Source of the DNA: an uncultured bacterium
Lineage (GTDB): Bacteria; Fidelibacterota; Marinisomatia; Marinisomatales; UBA1611
Direction of reading: 5' to 3'
Assembly (NCBI GenBank): GCA_913020665.1
Contig: CAJVZI010000002.1
Location: forward strand, 16,070 to 80,069
DNA length: 64,000 nt
Each line of letters begins with the position of its first letter. Position 1 is the stretch's first letter. A program made the position numbers and the translations under genes. The notes below the pieces were generated by a model, which was given only the letters and a program-made list of their open reading frames with translations, ran no database searches and had not been told where the DNA came from. Positions 19,035 through 28,969 of this stretch are shown piece by piece.

Positions 19035-20309
19035 ATGATAAATAACAACAAACTACTATACATCCTATCCTTTGCACTAATGCTGATGATCGGTTGTGAA
19101 GATAATGATGATACAGCTGCAGAGGAGGATAATTCCATATCAACTCCAACCGAGTTTGTATTTGAGAGTCGTTTTACAGAAGGAGAGAGCAGTGTATATT
19201 ATAATGGTCAGGTTGTAAGGCAACTTTTGATCAATGACATTAAGACCCAGTGCGGGACAGATGCTGGTTCAGGCGATGCTTCTACTCTGCTTAGTATGAT
19301 GGCGAATGATGATGAGAGTAGGACCATATTAACCACAACATCACCAGCCTCAGTACAGACCACATATCGTTCTATCTCATCCAGTCATTTGAATGACAGA
19401 TTAGAAGCGGTTGCAGATTATACGATTGTCGGCTATAATGATAACGCGGGTAATCTTATTTCTACATGGGTCACTGATCTTGTAAATAATGGTAAAACAA
19501 ATGCAGATGGGCTACGTCTTGATCAGATGATCCAAAAGACACTATGGGGTGCTGTATCGTACTGGCAGGGAACCTCAAAGTATATGTCAAAGATACCAGG
19601 TGATGATAATTCTGTTTCTGATGATGGTGATCCATGGACAGCAATGGAACATCATTGGGATGAATCTTTTGGTTATTTTGGAGCCGCACGAGATTACAAT
19701 ACCGGTTACAGTGATGATAATGATAGAAAATCAGATCCATATCATGATTCTAATGGTGATGGTGCCATTGATTTCTTATCAGAATATAATTCTGGTTGGG
19801 CAGTAACTGCAGCTAAAAGAGATTTGGTTGAGGCTTCAGTTGACTATGATTTTACAAAAACAATAATGGATGCCTTTCTTGAAGGTAGAACTCTGATCAC
19901 TAATCAGGCTCCATTAGAAGAGATCTTGGTTCAAAGAGATATCATTCTCAATACATGGGAAAAAGTGGTTGCTGCTGTGACAATACACTATATCAATGAT
20001 GTGAATGATGATATGATAGCCTTGTATCCAGCGGATTCAACTGCTGGTCCATTATCTGATCTATCTGCAGATTATAATAATCATTGGGCTGAAATGAGAG
20101 CATATGCACTTGGACTGCAGTATAATGACTTTAAAGTAATCAGTGACGCAGATCTAGAAGCAGTACTTACAGCAATGGGTACTGCGCCCGTTTATCCTGC
20201 AGACGGTTATGGAGCCTATTATGGTTACCATGGGGGTTTAGTGGGTACCGCTAAAAGCATACTTCAGGCTGCTTATGGTTTTGATGATGAGCACATGGCA
20301 AATTGGTAA
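19035..20309 (+). CDS. DUF4856/imelysin-neighbourhood-type lipoprotein, probable iron-uptake accessory
   Basis: Lipobox LMIGCEDN. The MEHHWDESFGYFGAARDY motif is recalled from DUF4856 proteins found next to TonB receptors. Family assignment is from memory only. Confidence 0.45.
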   Translation: MINNNKLLYILSFALMLMIGCEDNDDTAAEEDNSISTPTEFVFESRFTEGESSVYYNGQVVRQLLINDIKTQCGTDAGSGDASTLLSMMANDDESRTILTTTSPASVQTTYRSISSSHLNDRLEAVADYTIVGYNDNAGNLISTWVTDLVNNGKTNADGLRLDQMIQKTLWGAVSYWQGTSKYMSKIPGDDNSVSDDGDPWTAMEHHWDESFGYFGAARDYNTGYSDDNDRKSDPYHDSNGDGAIDFLSEYNSGWAVTAAKRDLVEASVDYDFTKTIMDAFLEGRTLITNQAPLEEILVQRDIILNTWEKVVAAVTIHYINDVNDDMIALYPADSTAGPLSDLSADYNNHWAEMRAYALGLQYNDFKVISDADLEAVLTAMGTAPVYPADGYGAYYGYHGGLVGTAKSILQAAYGFDDEHMANW

Positions 20310-20338
20310 TATACTCTAATATATAAATCTAGATAAAT

Positions 20339-20372
20339 AAGGGGTCTTAAATTTTAAGACCCCTTATTTTTT
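20339..20372 (+). terminator. Rho-independent terminator
   Basis: GGGGTCTTAA (20341-50) and TTAAGACCCC (20354-63) form a 10-bp stem, followed by TTATTTTTT. Confidence 0.75.
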
Positions 20373-20389
20373 AACTACTAATTTAGTTC

Positions 20390-21832
20390 ATGTTAAAAAA
20401 AGTAACTCAAAACCATTCTTATCTGCTATTATTATTGGCATGTATAGTTTCAAGGCTTGCCACAAGTATTTATTATATTGAAGATATTGATAGTTTAAGA
20501 TTTGCCCTAAGCATAGAAGATTATGATATTTCCAAACTACAGCCTCATTTTCCTGGATACCCTGTATTCTGTTTCATAGCTAAAATATTATTTTTAATAA
20601 TTGGTAGTAAGGCAGCGTCCTTCTCAATCATTGGTGGTGTATCCGTCTTTGCTATTATCTATTTCATTTTGAAGATCAGTAAAATAGAGATAAATAATCG
20701 CATTGGTATCTTTTGCTCTTTTATTATTTTTTTTAATCCAATTATATGGTTAATGAGTAATCGCTATATGCCGGACCTAATGGGATTAGCGATCGCAGTT
20801 GCATGTATGTATTACCTAACAGATAAAAGTAATAATACAAAAAATTTGATATACGGCTATATTTTTATTGGTTTATTAGTTGGTGTTCGTCTATCCTATG
20901 TTCCCTTAATAATCATCCCATTTATCTTTCACCTTATAAAAAGTGATCAAAGGTTCTATTTATTCTTATCGTGTTGTGGTGGATGTTTGGTTTGGTTGAT
21001 ACCATTGATATATATAACTGGGTATGAAAATTTATATTTAGCTGCAAGTAAACAGACCATAGGCCATTTCACTGATTTTGGAGGGACAGTACTTACAGAT
21101 AATAACATATATTATAGATCTCTAAAATTAATAAGATCAATATGGGCTGATGGTTTAGGTGGATATTGGTCAGGGAGGGCATGGCAGACTGGTTTTTTAT
21201 CTATATCCTATGCTTATTTTCTTTATCTAGGATATATTGGTTCAAGGAAATATTTAAAGTATGATAAGAGTTTTGTCATGATCATTTATTGCATAGTGCT
21301 ATATACATTATGGATATTCTTTTTCCAAAATGTGATCTATAAATCAAGACATATCCTACCTATACTTATTATAGTATTTATGCTAGTAACAATAGGACAT
21401 AAATATATATCTGAACCGAAAGCCATAATATATAATACTTTTGTAGGAGCATTCTTTATTGCTCTGGTCACGGTCACATTTACCTTGGTTAACCAACATA
21501 AAAACCCTACAGCTGTGTCTAGATTAAAGGATAGTATAGTACTAGGTCATAACAACGGTACAATCATTAGTACGCCTCTTATTAACTACTATATGAAAAG
21601 ACATGGTGTTCAAAGTGATTTTATAAATGTGGAAGATGAAGGCCAGATAAGCAGATTAAATTCTTCTGAAAAAGAAGAGGCCCTAATAATTGGAAATTTT
21701 CAAGGCCTATTTGAAAATAATTATTCCATTAAAACTGAGACCACCTATTTTCATAACCCATATGTTAATAGAATGTGGCCAAGAATTGATACATATAGAT
21801 TGTATAAGAATTCAGATGTCATTAAAGAATAA
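20390..21832 (+). CDS. GT-C fold (ArnT/PMT, GT39-like) polytopic membrane glycosyltransferase
   Basis: More than 10 hydrophobic helices. First-loop motif EDIDSLRFALSIEDYDISKLQPHFPGYPVF resembles the DSxxFA...PHxPGYP motif of GT39-like proteins. Confidence 0.5.
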   Translation: MLKKVTQNHSYLLLLLACIVSRLATSIYYIEDIDSLRFALSIEDYDISKLQPHFPGYPVFCFIAKILFLIIGSKAASFSIIGGVSVFAIIYFILKISKIEINNRIGIFCSFIIFFNPIIWLMSNRYMPDLMGLAIAVACMYYLTDKSNNTKNLIYGYIFIGLLVGVRLSYVPLIIIPFIFHLIKSDQRFYLFLSCCGGCLVWLIPLIYITGYENLYLAASKQTIGHFTDFGGTVLTDNNIYYRSLKLIRSIWADGLGGYWSGRAWQTGFLSISYAYFLYLGYIGSRKYLKYDKSFVMIIYCIVLYTLWIFFFQNVIYKSRHILPILIIVFMLVTIGHKYISEPKAIIYNTFVGAFFIALVTVTFTLVNQHKNPTAVSRLKDSIVLGHNNGTIISTPLINYYMKRHGVQSDFINVEDEGQISRLNSSEKEEALIIGNFQGLFENNYSIKTETTYFHNPYVNRMWPRIDTYRLYKNSDVIKE

Positions 21833-23147
21833 TTCTTGTTTGCATATACTAGGTGCAGGTCCAGCTGGATTAGCATCAGCATATTACGCGAAAAAATGTG
21901 AAATACCTGCAATGCTTTATGAGAGTTCAAATACGGTGGGTGGCAATTGTAAAACTATTGTAGACGGGGATTATAGATATGATACAGGTGCACATAGGTT
22001 CCATGACAAGCTTGATCATGCAACAAAAGAGGTACAAGAGCTTATAGGCGATGATCTTTTGAAGGTCAACTCACCTAGTATGATATTTTCAAACAATAGA
22101 ATGTTTGATTTTCCATTAGGCCTATTAAGTATACTAAGGAATTTGGGTGGGGTAGATATCGCAAAGATCTTAACAGAGAATATATTTAACATTTCTAGGA
22201 TTTCTAGTAAGCCAACTAATTTTAAAGACCTAGCCTATCAAGTATATGGCAAGACACTTTCAGAGCTATTTTTAATCAATTACACTGAAAAATTATGGGG
22301 AAGACCAGCCCATACCCTAGATGTCAATATATCAGGAAATAGGTTAAAAAACCTTAATATGGCAACATTATTTCGAGAGCTATTATTTAGTAATGATAAT
22401 TCCGATCACCTTGATGGCTCTTTTTATTATCCAAAATACGGCTTTGGCACCATATTTGAAAAAATGGAAAATTATATTGGTGAGAGTAATATCCGATTTA
22501 ATTCTCCAGTGACAAAATTAGTGCATGATAAAAAAAATATAGTAGAGCTCGTCTATGGTAATACTAGAATTACGGACATAGATAAGGTTATAACTACATT
22601 ACCAGTCAATCTGTTAATTAATTGTATGGAACCTTCTCCTCCAGAAAAAATCAAGGATATTGTGAATAATATAAAATATAGAGATCTAAACCTATGCGTG
22701 ATCTATTTGGACATCCCCTCATTTACAGAAAATGCTTCTATTTATTTTCCTGAACCTACCTTCCCATTTACGCGTATTTATGAGCCAAAAAATCGAAGTA
22801 ATAAAATGGCACCGGAGGATAAAACATGCATCGTTGTAGAAACACCATATGACCATGAAGCCCTACCCGATGGGATGCCGAAGAAAGAATTATTTCAGAT
22901 CATAAGCAATATTCTCATTGAGAATAAGTTTATCAATAGAGAACAAATAATTGGCCACAAGGATATAGATGCAAAATATGCCTATCCTATTCTTGAGACA
23001 GGTATCAAAGAGCGGCTGGAACCAATATTTTCTTATCTAGGTAATTTTGAGAATATGTATACTATAGGCCGAAGCGCACAATTCAAATATATTCATACTC
23101 ATGATATTTTTATGCAGGCACGTTCGATCATAAATAAACTAAAATAA
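21816..23147 (+). CDS. FAD-dependent oxidoreductase, amine-oxidase/PPOX (HemY-like) fold
   Basis: ILGAGPAGLASAYYA dinucleotide-binding motif and GGNCKT...DTGAHRFH. The likely start is ATG 21816 (MSLKNN), overlapping the previous gene by 17 nt; the track start 21690 is unlikely. Confidence 0.6.
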   Translation: MSLKNNSCLHILGAGPAGLASAYYAKKCEIPAMLYESSNTVGGNCKTIVDGDYRYDTGAHRFHDKLDHATKEVQELIGDDLLKVNSPSMIFSNNRMFDFPLGLLSILRNLGGVDIAKILTENIFNISRISSKPTNFKDLAYQVYGKTLSELFLINYTEKLWGRPAHTLDVNISGNRLKNLNMATLFRELLFSNDNSDHLDGSFYYPKYGFGTIFEKMENYIGESNIRFNSPVTKLVHDKKNIVELVYGNTRITDIDKVITTLPVNLLINCMEPSPPEKIKDIVNNIKYRDLNLCVIYLDIPSFTENASIYFPEPTFPFTRIYEPKNRSNKMAPEDKTCIVVETPYDHEALPDGMPKKELFQIISNILIENKFINREQIIGHKDIDAKYAYPILETGIKERLEPIFSYLGNFENMYTIGRSAQFKYIHTHDIFMQARSIINKLK

Positions 23148-23156
23148 TTGATATGA

Positions 23157-24149
23157 TCACCATCCACTTATACTATCATCTATGATCGATCTAATTAGAT
23201 CAAGTTGATCTTGACCATCATTTAGACAAGGTATATACTCAAATCTTTTACCGCCATTTGAAATAAATAGTTCACGATATTGTATACTTATTTCTTCTAG
23301 CGTTTCTAGGCAATCTACTGCAAAGCCTGGCGAAATGACCTGAATATATTTTGTACCATTATTCGCTTCATTAACTAATAGTCTATCAATATAAGGCTCT
23401 AGCCATTTATCTGATCCAAACCTAGACTGAAAAGCGATATCATATGAATATTCATCAAGGTCTAATTTTTCCGCCGTTAAACGTGCGGTCTTATGGCAGA
23501 AACAATAGTAGGGGTCACCTTTTTCTAAGTATCGATAAGGCATTCCATGAAAACTGAATATTAGTTTATCTGGCCTTCCATGTTCACTAAAACTATTCTT
23601 TACCGATCTTACCAATGCACTGATATAAGCGTTGTGATCATGGTACCCTGAAACAAATCTTAGATCTGGCATCCATGAAATATTCCTTAGATAGTCGGTG
23701 ACAGCATCAAATGTGCTTGATGTAGTTGGCGACCCTGCTTGTGGATATAATGGAAAAACTAATATTTTGGATATTTTTTCTTTTTTAAATATATCCATTG
23801 CTTCTTTAATTGATGGCGAGCCATAACGCATTCCAAGCGCTACGGTAATTCTATCATCGATACTATCTGATAGTTTTTTTAAAATATTTTTTGAAAAGAC
23901 CATAAGCGGTGAGCCTTTATCGGTCCATATAGATCTGTAAAGTTTTGCTGATTTTCTTGGTCTAATATTTAGTATAATTATTTTTAGTATAGGAATCCAC
24001 AGCAGTCTTGGAAGATCAATAACCCGTTTATCCATTAAAAATTGATTCAAGTATTTTTTCAGATCTTTTCTAGATGGTGAATCGGGTGTACCTAGGTTGG
24101 ATATAAGCACACCTATTTTCTTATTACTATCTATATATTCATTTTTCAT
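23157..24149 (-). CDS. hemH: Ferrochelatase
   Basis: KIGVLISNLGTPDSPS...YLNQFLMDKRVID and full-length collinearity with HemH (330 aa). Confidence 0.9.
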   Translation of the reverse strand: MKNEYIDSNKKIGVLISNLGTPDSPSRKDLKKYLNQFLMDKRVIDLPRLLWIPILKIIILNIRPRKSAKLYRSIWTDKGSPLMVFSKNILKKLSDSIDDRITVALGMRYGSPSIKEAMDIFKKEKISKILVFPLYPQAGSPTTSSTFDAVTDYLRNISWMPDLRFVSGYHDHNAYISALVRSVKNSFSEHGRPDKLIFSFHGMPYRYLEKGDPYYCFCHKTARLTAEKLDLDEYSYDIAFQSRFGSDKWLEPYIDRLLVNEANNGTKYIQVISPGFAVDCLETLEEISIQYRELFISNGGKRFEYIPCLNDGQDQLDLIRSIIDDSISGW

Positions 24150-24292
24150 TTTGTAAACTATTTTTTATCAAATAGATGGTCTTTTTAACATAATAAATGA
24201 AAGGGATATTACCAAACTATGTATTCATTTTATTCAATAAAAGAGCTACTCATTTACTTGATAAAAATAATAATTATATTTAATATTGAAAA

Positions 24293-24307
24293 TGAGATTC
24301 AGTCTCA
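24293..24307. promoter_or_regulatory. Second copy of the Fur-like palindrome (TGAGATTCAGTCTCA) in the hemH / orf98 divergent region
   Basis: Identical to the 15185 box except for the central base. TATAAT at 24312-24317 follows it. Confidence 0.35.
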
Positions 24308-24356
24308 AAAATATAATATTTTATCAACTCAAGCTCTAATTTATGGATAAATAATA

Positions 24357-24653
24357 ATGTTATCTCTTTATAATGAAAAACCGATTTCAATATCTATTAA
24401 CAGTAAAAACAAAATAAAGGTTGAATTTTGTAATATTAAAATGAATTTGAATCCTTGCCAGTTTAGAATATTCCATAACTATTTGTCAGGTGTAAGTAAA
24501 AATTTAAATGGTTCTAAAAGCCAAGTAGAATTATTATTGGTCAGAGAGGAACTAAGAGTTATAATTTCTCTATCGGAATTTTTACAATTATGTAATGCTG
24601 TTCAATCAGTAATGGCTGAAAAATTTGGATCAAGATCTCCAATAGTAAATTAA
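24357..24653 (+). CDS. Hypothetical protein (98 aa)
   Basis: ORF only; no motif recognised. Confidence 0.3.
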   Translation: MLSLYNEKPISISINSKNKIKVEFCNIKMNLNPCQFRIFHNYLSGVSKNLNGSKSQVELLLVREELRVIISLSEFLQLCNAVQSVMAEKFGSRSPIVN

Positions 24654-24669
24654 AATTTAGAATAAATAT

Positions 24670-25104
24670 ATGTACAGGTTCTCTTTTGCTATAGTTTCAT
24701 TAATTACTTTTAGTTGTAGCGCCAATACCAATGCTATAGATGAACGTCATATACTTGACCAAAAGATCAAGGCTTTCCAGTTTTTAAGTAAATACCACCA
24801 CCAATTACATATTATGATAGGTGAGGAAGATGGCGATATTGATAATGCATTCAATGAATTGTTAGCAGCACTATCTTCCAATAATAATCCTGAACTTATT
24901 CCAGTAAAACGTGCTGCCAATAGGGTAAATGAGTTAAGCACTGAATCAATTTCTGTTCAAAGGCTTGATTATTTAGTAGACTATTATCAATCAGGGCTAT
25001 CAATGCAAATAGAAGGTGTCATGCGAGGGTATGGTTATCTAGAAACTTTTTCTATTGAAGATGCACTCACCTTATACGATAGTTTAAAAGAGAAGAATAT
25101 CTGA
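24670..25104 (+). CDS. Hypothetical lipoprotein (144 aa)
   Basis: Signal plus lipobox (SLITFSCS). No recognisable domain. Contains a His-rich patch, KYHHQLH. Confidence 0.4.
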   Translation: MYRFSFAIVSLITFSCSANTNAIDERHILDQKIKAFQFLSKYHHQLHIMIGEEDGDIDNAFNELLAALSSNNNPELIPVKRAANRVNELSTESISVQRLDYLVDYYQSGLSMQIEGVMRGYGYLETFSIEDALTLYDSLKEKNI

Positions 25105-25105
25105 T

Positions 25106-25531
25106 CTAAAAATTATCTCGAAGCATTTTTTTCAATTCAGCTTCATGCATCTCTTCTTCAGCGATCTGGGTACGTGCAAATTCTTCTAACATGATCGATC
25201 CACCATCTACATTCTCCAGTAGTTCATAGTATGATCTGATAGCTTCTTTTTCATGTTCTAAGCATTCATTTAAAATATCTTCAGTTGAGTGTTTATGGGT
25301 TTCGAGAAGATCACTTATTTTTAAAGTAGGGTGTTCCCCTAGGCTTGTTATATGCTCACCCACTGCTTCTGCATGCATCAAAGATTCTTGTGCTTGTTCT
25401 CTGAGCCATTCTACAACAGATAGACGGTAAGGGCCTTGCACCATAAATGCATAATGCGTGTACTTCACCACACCAGCTAGTTCAAGCTCTAAAATATTAT
25501 TTAGTGAGTTGAGGACTTTTTCTTTGTTCAT
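25106..25531 (-). CDS. Ferritin-like diiron protein (bacterioferritin-like)
   Basis: LELELAGVVKY..., EQAQESLMHAEAVGEHI..., LEHEKEAIRSY... and EEEMHEAEL are four-helix-bundle diiron ligand motifs collinear with Bfr. Confidence 0.7.
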   Translation of the reverse strand: MNKEKVLNSLNNILELELAGVVKYTHYAFMVQGPYRLSVVEWLREQAQESLMHAEAVGEHITSLGEHPTLKISDLLETHKHSTEDILNECLEHEKEAIRSYYELLENVDGGSIMLEEFARTQIAEEEMHEAELKKMLRDNF

Positions 25532-25714
25532 TATTATTTCCTTTAAATAGACAACCTATAGTAAATGTTACTCTGTCGTTCATTATATGGTCTTTTATCT
25601 TGTATCAAAATTAATAGAAAATTAATTAATTATTATTTGATTCATTTTGTATCATCAGTAATTGGGTTTTAAATTTCGACCTGGGATTCGAATAAATTTA
25701 TAAATCTTAACTAT

Positions 25715-26311
25715 ATGTCAATTTCGGAAAGACAATTAGAAGAAAGGAAAATGCGTCAAGAACGTATTCTTGCGGGTGCACTTACTGTTTTCAAAGATAA
25801 GGGTCTAGAGGGTGCAACCATGGATGAGATCGCAAACTCCTCTGGGTTTGGTAAAGCCACTCTATATTATTACTTCAAGTCCAAAGAAGAGGTTTTATCT
25901 GCAATTTTAGAAGATGGTTGGCAGAACATATGGGAATCTCTAGAACCTGTTATTGCCGAACAAGAATCTCCTAGAAAGACCTTTGTTAATGTGCTCATCA
26001 AAATAGCTGAGAATGCTCAAGCTCGGCCTGGGCTATTTGAATTTCTTTTCAATGTGCCGAAAGCAATTAAATTAGACAAACAACCCTGGAAAGATTACCA
26101 GCATCGGCTCTATGCTGTTATACAAGGCCTTTTAGAGGATGGTGTTAAAAAAGGTGAATTTCCTAAAGTAGATCCGCAGCTCATGTTCAAAGCTCTTGGA
26201 GGTCTTTTTATGGGTCTGGTATTTATGGGTGATAGAAAAGAACCAGTTACAAATAAGGATGTAGAGAATCTTTTAAACGAATTGATCACAGACCCAAAGA
26301 TCAATAACTAA
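25715..26311 (+). CDS. TetR/AcrR family transcriptional regulator
   Basis: N-terminal HTH GLEGATMDEIANSSGFGKATLYYYFKSKEE. Confidence 0.85.
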   Translation: MSISERQLEERKMRQERILAGALTVFKDKGLEGATMDEIANSSGFGKATLYYYFKSKEEVLSAILEDGWQNIWESLEPVIAEQESPRKTFVNVLIKIAENAQARPGLFEFLFNVPKAIKLDKQPWKDYQHRLYAVIQGLLEDGVKKGEFPKVDPQLMFKALGGLFMGLVFMGDRKEPVTNKDVENLLNELITDPKINN

Positions 26312-26335
26312 TTACAAAATAGAAATTTATTATAT

Positions 26336-28498
26336 ATGCACTATTTATTCTGTCTTTTGATACTTACTTCTTTTGTTAGCGGAATAACAATATCAGGTGC
26401 TGTCAAAGATGCAGAAACAGATAGACCTCTGGAGAATGTCAATATCATTGTAAATGATTCTGATATAGGGTCCACCACTGATAAAAATGGAAATTTTACA
26501 ATAGAGGATCTGCAACTCAGAGATACTCAGCTTTCCTTTTCAATGATCGGTTACAAAACATTTTCTAAAAGATTTATATCGAAAGATAAGGACCAAGAAT
26601 TTCTAACCATATCTCTTCATAAGGACCCCATTCAGTGGAAGGCTATTAATGTAATGGGGTTGATACCTTCTAAGCACTCACCAGAGATAACTGAAATAGT
26701 TGAAACAAAAAAAACTAATAATACAGATCAAGAAACCCTTTCTGCGTTGCTAGGGAACCTTCATGGAATTGAGGTCCAAAGTGCCCATGAACATGGCCGG
26801 AATGTCAATGTTTCAATTAGGGGTTCCTCTGATTTCAAACCGGGGGGGTATAACAATCGAGTTTTATTATTGCTCGATGGTTTTCCTGTTTCGATTCCTA
26901 ATTCTGGTTCCTCTGATTGGAATGCGATTCCTTTTGAAACTGTAAAACAAATTGAGATAGTTAGAGGTCCAGCTTCTTCTATATATGGTCATAATTCTAT
27001 GGGTGGTGTGATCAATATTGTTACAAGGTCTGGTGGCAATTTAAATAAATGGTACCCAGAGTTACGTTTTGGTAGCTATGGTTCAGAGGCTCTCTCATTA
27101 TCCTATATTGGGAATATCAAAAAAACTAATTTTATTAGTTCACTAGGTTATGGTAGTTCAAACGGACACAGATTTAATTCTGGCTACAAGCAGACAAGAC
27201 TATCATTTAAGGTCAATAAATCGTTAAAGAATGACCAGAAGCTTCAATTCTCCTTTATAAACTCTAATAGTTTTAACGGACAACCAGGTTTTATATATCC
27301 TGATAATCCAGGACTAGTATCATATAGAGAGTCTAATCGTATAAGCAACTACCTTCAGTTCTATTACAAGCGCCTTTTGGGTAAATCCTTACTATCATTT
27401 TCATTGGCTACAAATCAATTTAAAACAGATTATAACGATCGCGATGATGCTCCTGATGATAAAATATTGGGTAGAACGCACTATAGAGATGAAAGCTATA
27501 TAATGAGGAGTCAGTTACAAAGATTTTTTGATGGGGGAGCTAATTTGATCATAGGTACAGAAATATCCGTAGACCATTCTAGATCAAATGTCTTGAGGAA
27601 TATATATACCCAACCAGAACAATTTACAAATGCAGGTTTTGCACAATTTAGAAAACCAATATCAAATAAATTAATGTATGATATAGGACTAAGATATGAT
27701 AATAGAGACGTAACAGGAGGTGAAGGATATAGCGTTAAATCTTTTCAAGCATTTTCTCCAAAATTAAATCTATTCTATAAATTGAATCCGATGTCAACAG
27801 CTTATATATCATTCAATCGGGGATTTAGAGCACCTTCTATTTCAGAATTATACTTAGAGTATGAAAGTAGCTACGGGCTTTTGCTTCTTGGCAATCCAAC
27901 TCTTAAGGCAGAATCGTTGATAAATATTGAAGCAGGAATTAAGCATCAAAGAGAAGATAATTTTTCACTATTTAGCAATATTTTCTTAAATCAATATACA
28001 GATATGATCGATTTTATTTATACCATTCCTGTTAGATCTATAAATCGAGAAGTTGTCAATGGGATAGGCTTCGAGTTTGGGTCAAACATTGTTATAGAAC
28101 CTTCTGGTACCAATATAAATTTCACTTATAGTTATTTAGACATGGAAAATATTAATTCGTCGGTTCCACTGCTCTACCGCCCAAAACATAAGATAAGACT
28201 TACCTTATTACAAAAGACCCCTATCGCGGATATATTGGTCTCAACCAGATACACGAGTACTCAATTATATGAAGATTTCTTAAATGATGATCATCCAATT
28301 GAAAATAATACAGTCATTTTCCCATTGGAAACTCTACCCGAGACGACCATCACAGATGTCAGTATTTCCAAAGCTATAATGGAATATGATCTAACTTTAA
28401 AAATAAAAAATCTATTTGATAGAGAATATGTTATGATCCAGCATTATCCAATGCCTAAAAGAAATTTTGAAATATCGATTAATAAACCAATGCAATAA
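26336..28498 (+). CDS. TonB-dependent receptor with CarboxypepD_reg domain
   Basis: ISGAVKD...NVNIIV...IGYKTF domain, plug (NVSIRGSS, LLLDGFPV) and a barrel. Confidence 0.85.
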   Translation: MHYLFCLLILTSFVSGITISGAVKDAETDRPLENVNIIVNDSDIGSTTDKNGNFTIEDLQLRDTQLSFSMIGYKTFSKRFISKDKDQEFLTISLHKDPIQWKAINVMGLIPSKHSPEITEIVETKKTNNTDQETLSALLGNLHGIEVQSAHEHGRNVNVSIRGSSDFKPGGYNNRVLLLLDGFPVSIPNSGSSDWNAIPFETVKQIEIVRGPASSIYGHNSMGGVINIVTRSGGNLNKWYPELRFGSYGSEALSLSYIGNIKKTNFISSLGYGSSNGHRFNSGYKQTRLSFKVNKSLKNDQKLQFSFINSNSFNGQPGFIYPDNPGLVSYRESNRISNYLQFYYKRLLGKSLLSFSLATNQFKTDYNDRDDAPDDKILGRTHYRDESYIMRSQLQRFFDGGANLIIGTEISVDHSRSNVLRNIYTQPEQFTNAGFAQFRKPISNKLMYDIGLRYDNRDVTGGEGYSVKSFQAFSPKLNLFYKLNPMSTAYISFNRGFRAPSISELYLEYESSYGLLLLGNPTLKAESLINIEAGIKHQREDNFSLFSNIFLNQYTDMIDFIYTIPVRSINREVVNGIGFEFGSNIVIEPSGTNINFTYSYLDMENINSSVPLLYRPKHKIRLTLLQKTPIADILVSTRYTSTQLYEDFLNDDHPIENNTVIFPLETLPETTITDVSISKAIMEYDLTLKIKNLFDREYVMIQHYPMPKRNFEISINKPMQ

Positions 28499-28509
28499 AG
28501 GAATCACCC

Positions 28510-28932
28510 ATGAAACACATTACCAGAATAATACTAGCATCATTTTTTTTAATTATGGTTTCTTGTGAAGACAATAATACCAATGAAGAAGTCCTAGCTG
28601 AATTTGGATCAATTTCAGGTACTGTAAACTTTAGCGGGTCATGGCCAGATAGTGGCGAGGTATTGATCACATTAGACACGTCTTACCCGCCTCAAGGTCC
28701 TCCGGCAGCCTTTTCCTATATAACAAGCGATGATATCTCGAATGGTGTATACAATTATAACTTTTCTGATCTTTCATTTAGATCTTATGAAGCCATTACC
28801 GTCACTTATTGGTCACTTGGATATGCTACAGCAGGTACTAATTATAGCTTAATAGGTAGCTACATAGAGGCTATCGATGTATCACAAGACACTCCAGATA
28901 TTACAATTGATATGGATGCAACATTTGATTAG
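28510..28932 (+). CDS. Small lipoprotein, beta-sandwich-like, TonB-receptor partner
   Basis: Lipobox IMVSCEDN; 140 aa; begins 11 nt after the receptor gene. Confidence 0.4.
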   Translation: MKHITRIILASFFLIMVSCEDNNTNEEVLAEFGSISGTVNFSGSWPDSGEVLITLDTSYPPQGPPAAFSYITSDDISNGVYNYNFSDLSFRSYEAITVTYWSLGYATAGTNYSLIGSYIEAIDVSQDTPDITIDMDATFD

Positions 28933-28969
28933 CAAGCAACCAGTGTCCATTCACTAGATAAACTGATAA

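Noticed and set aside
25609-25627. The AATTAAT-N5-ATTAATT inverted repeat as a confident TetR operator.
   Set aside because: The sequence is pure A/T in a very AT-rich spacer, so chance occurrence is high. It is mentioned only as a testable candidate.
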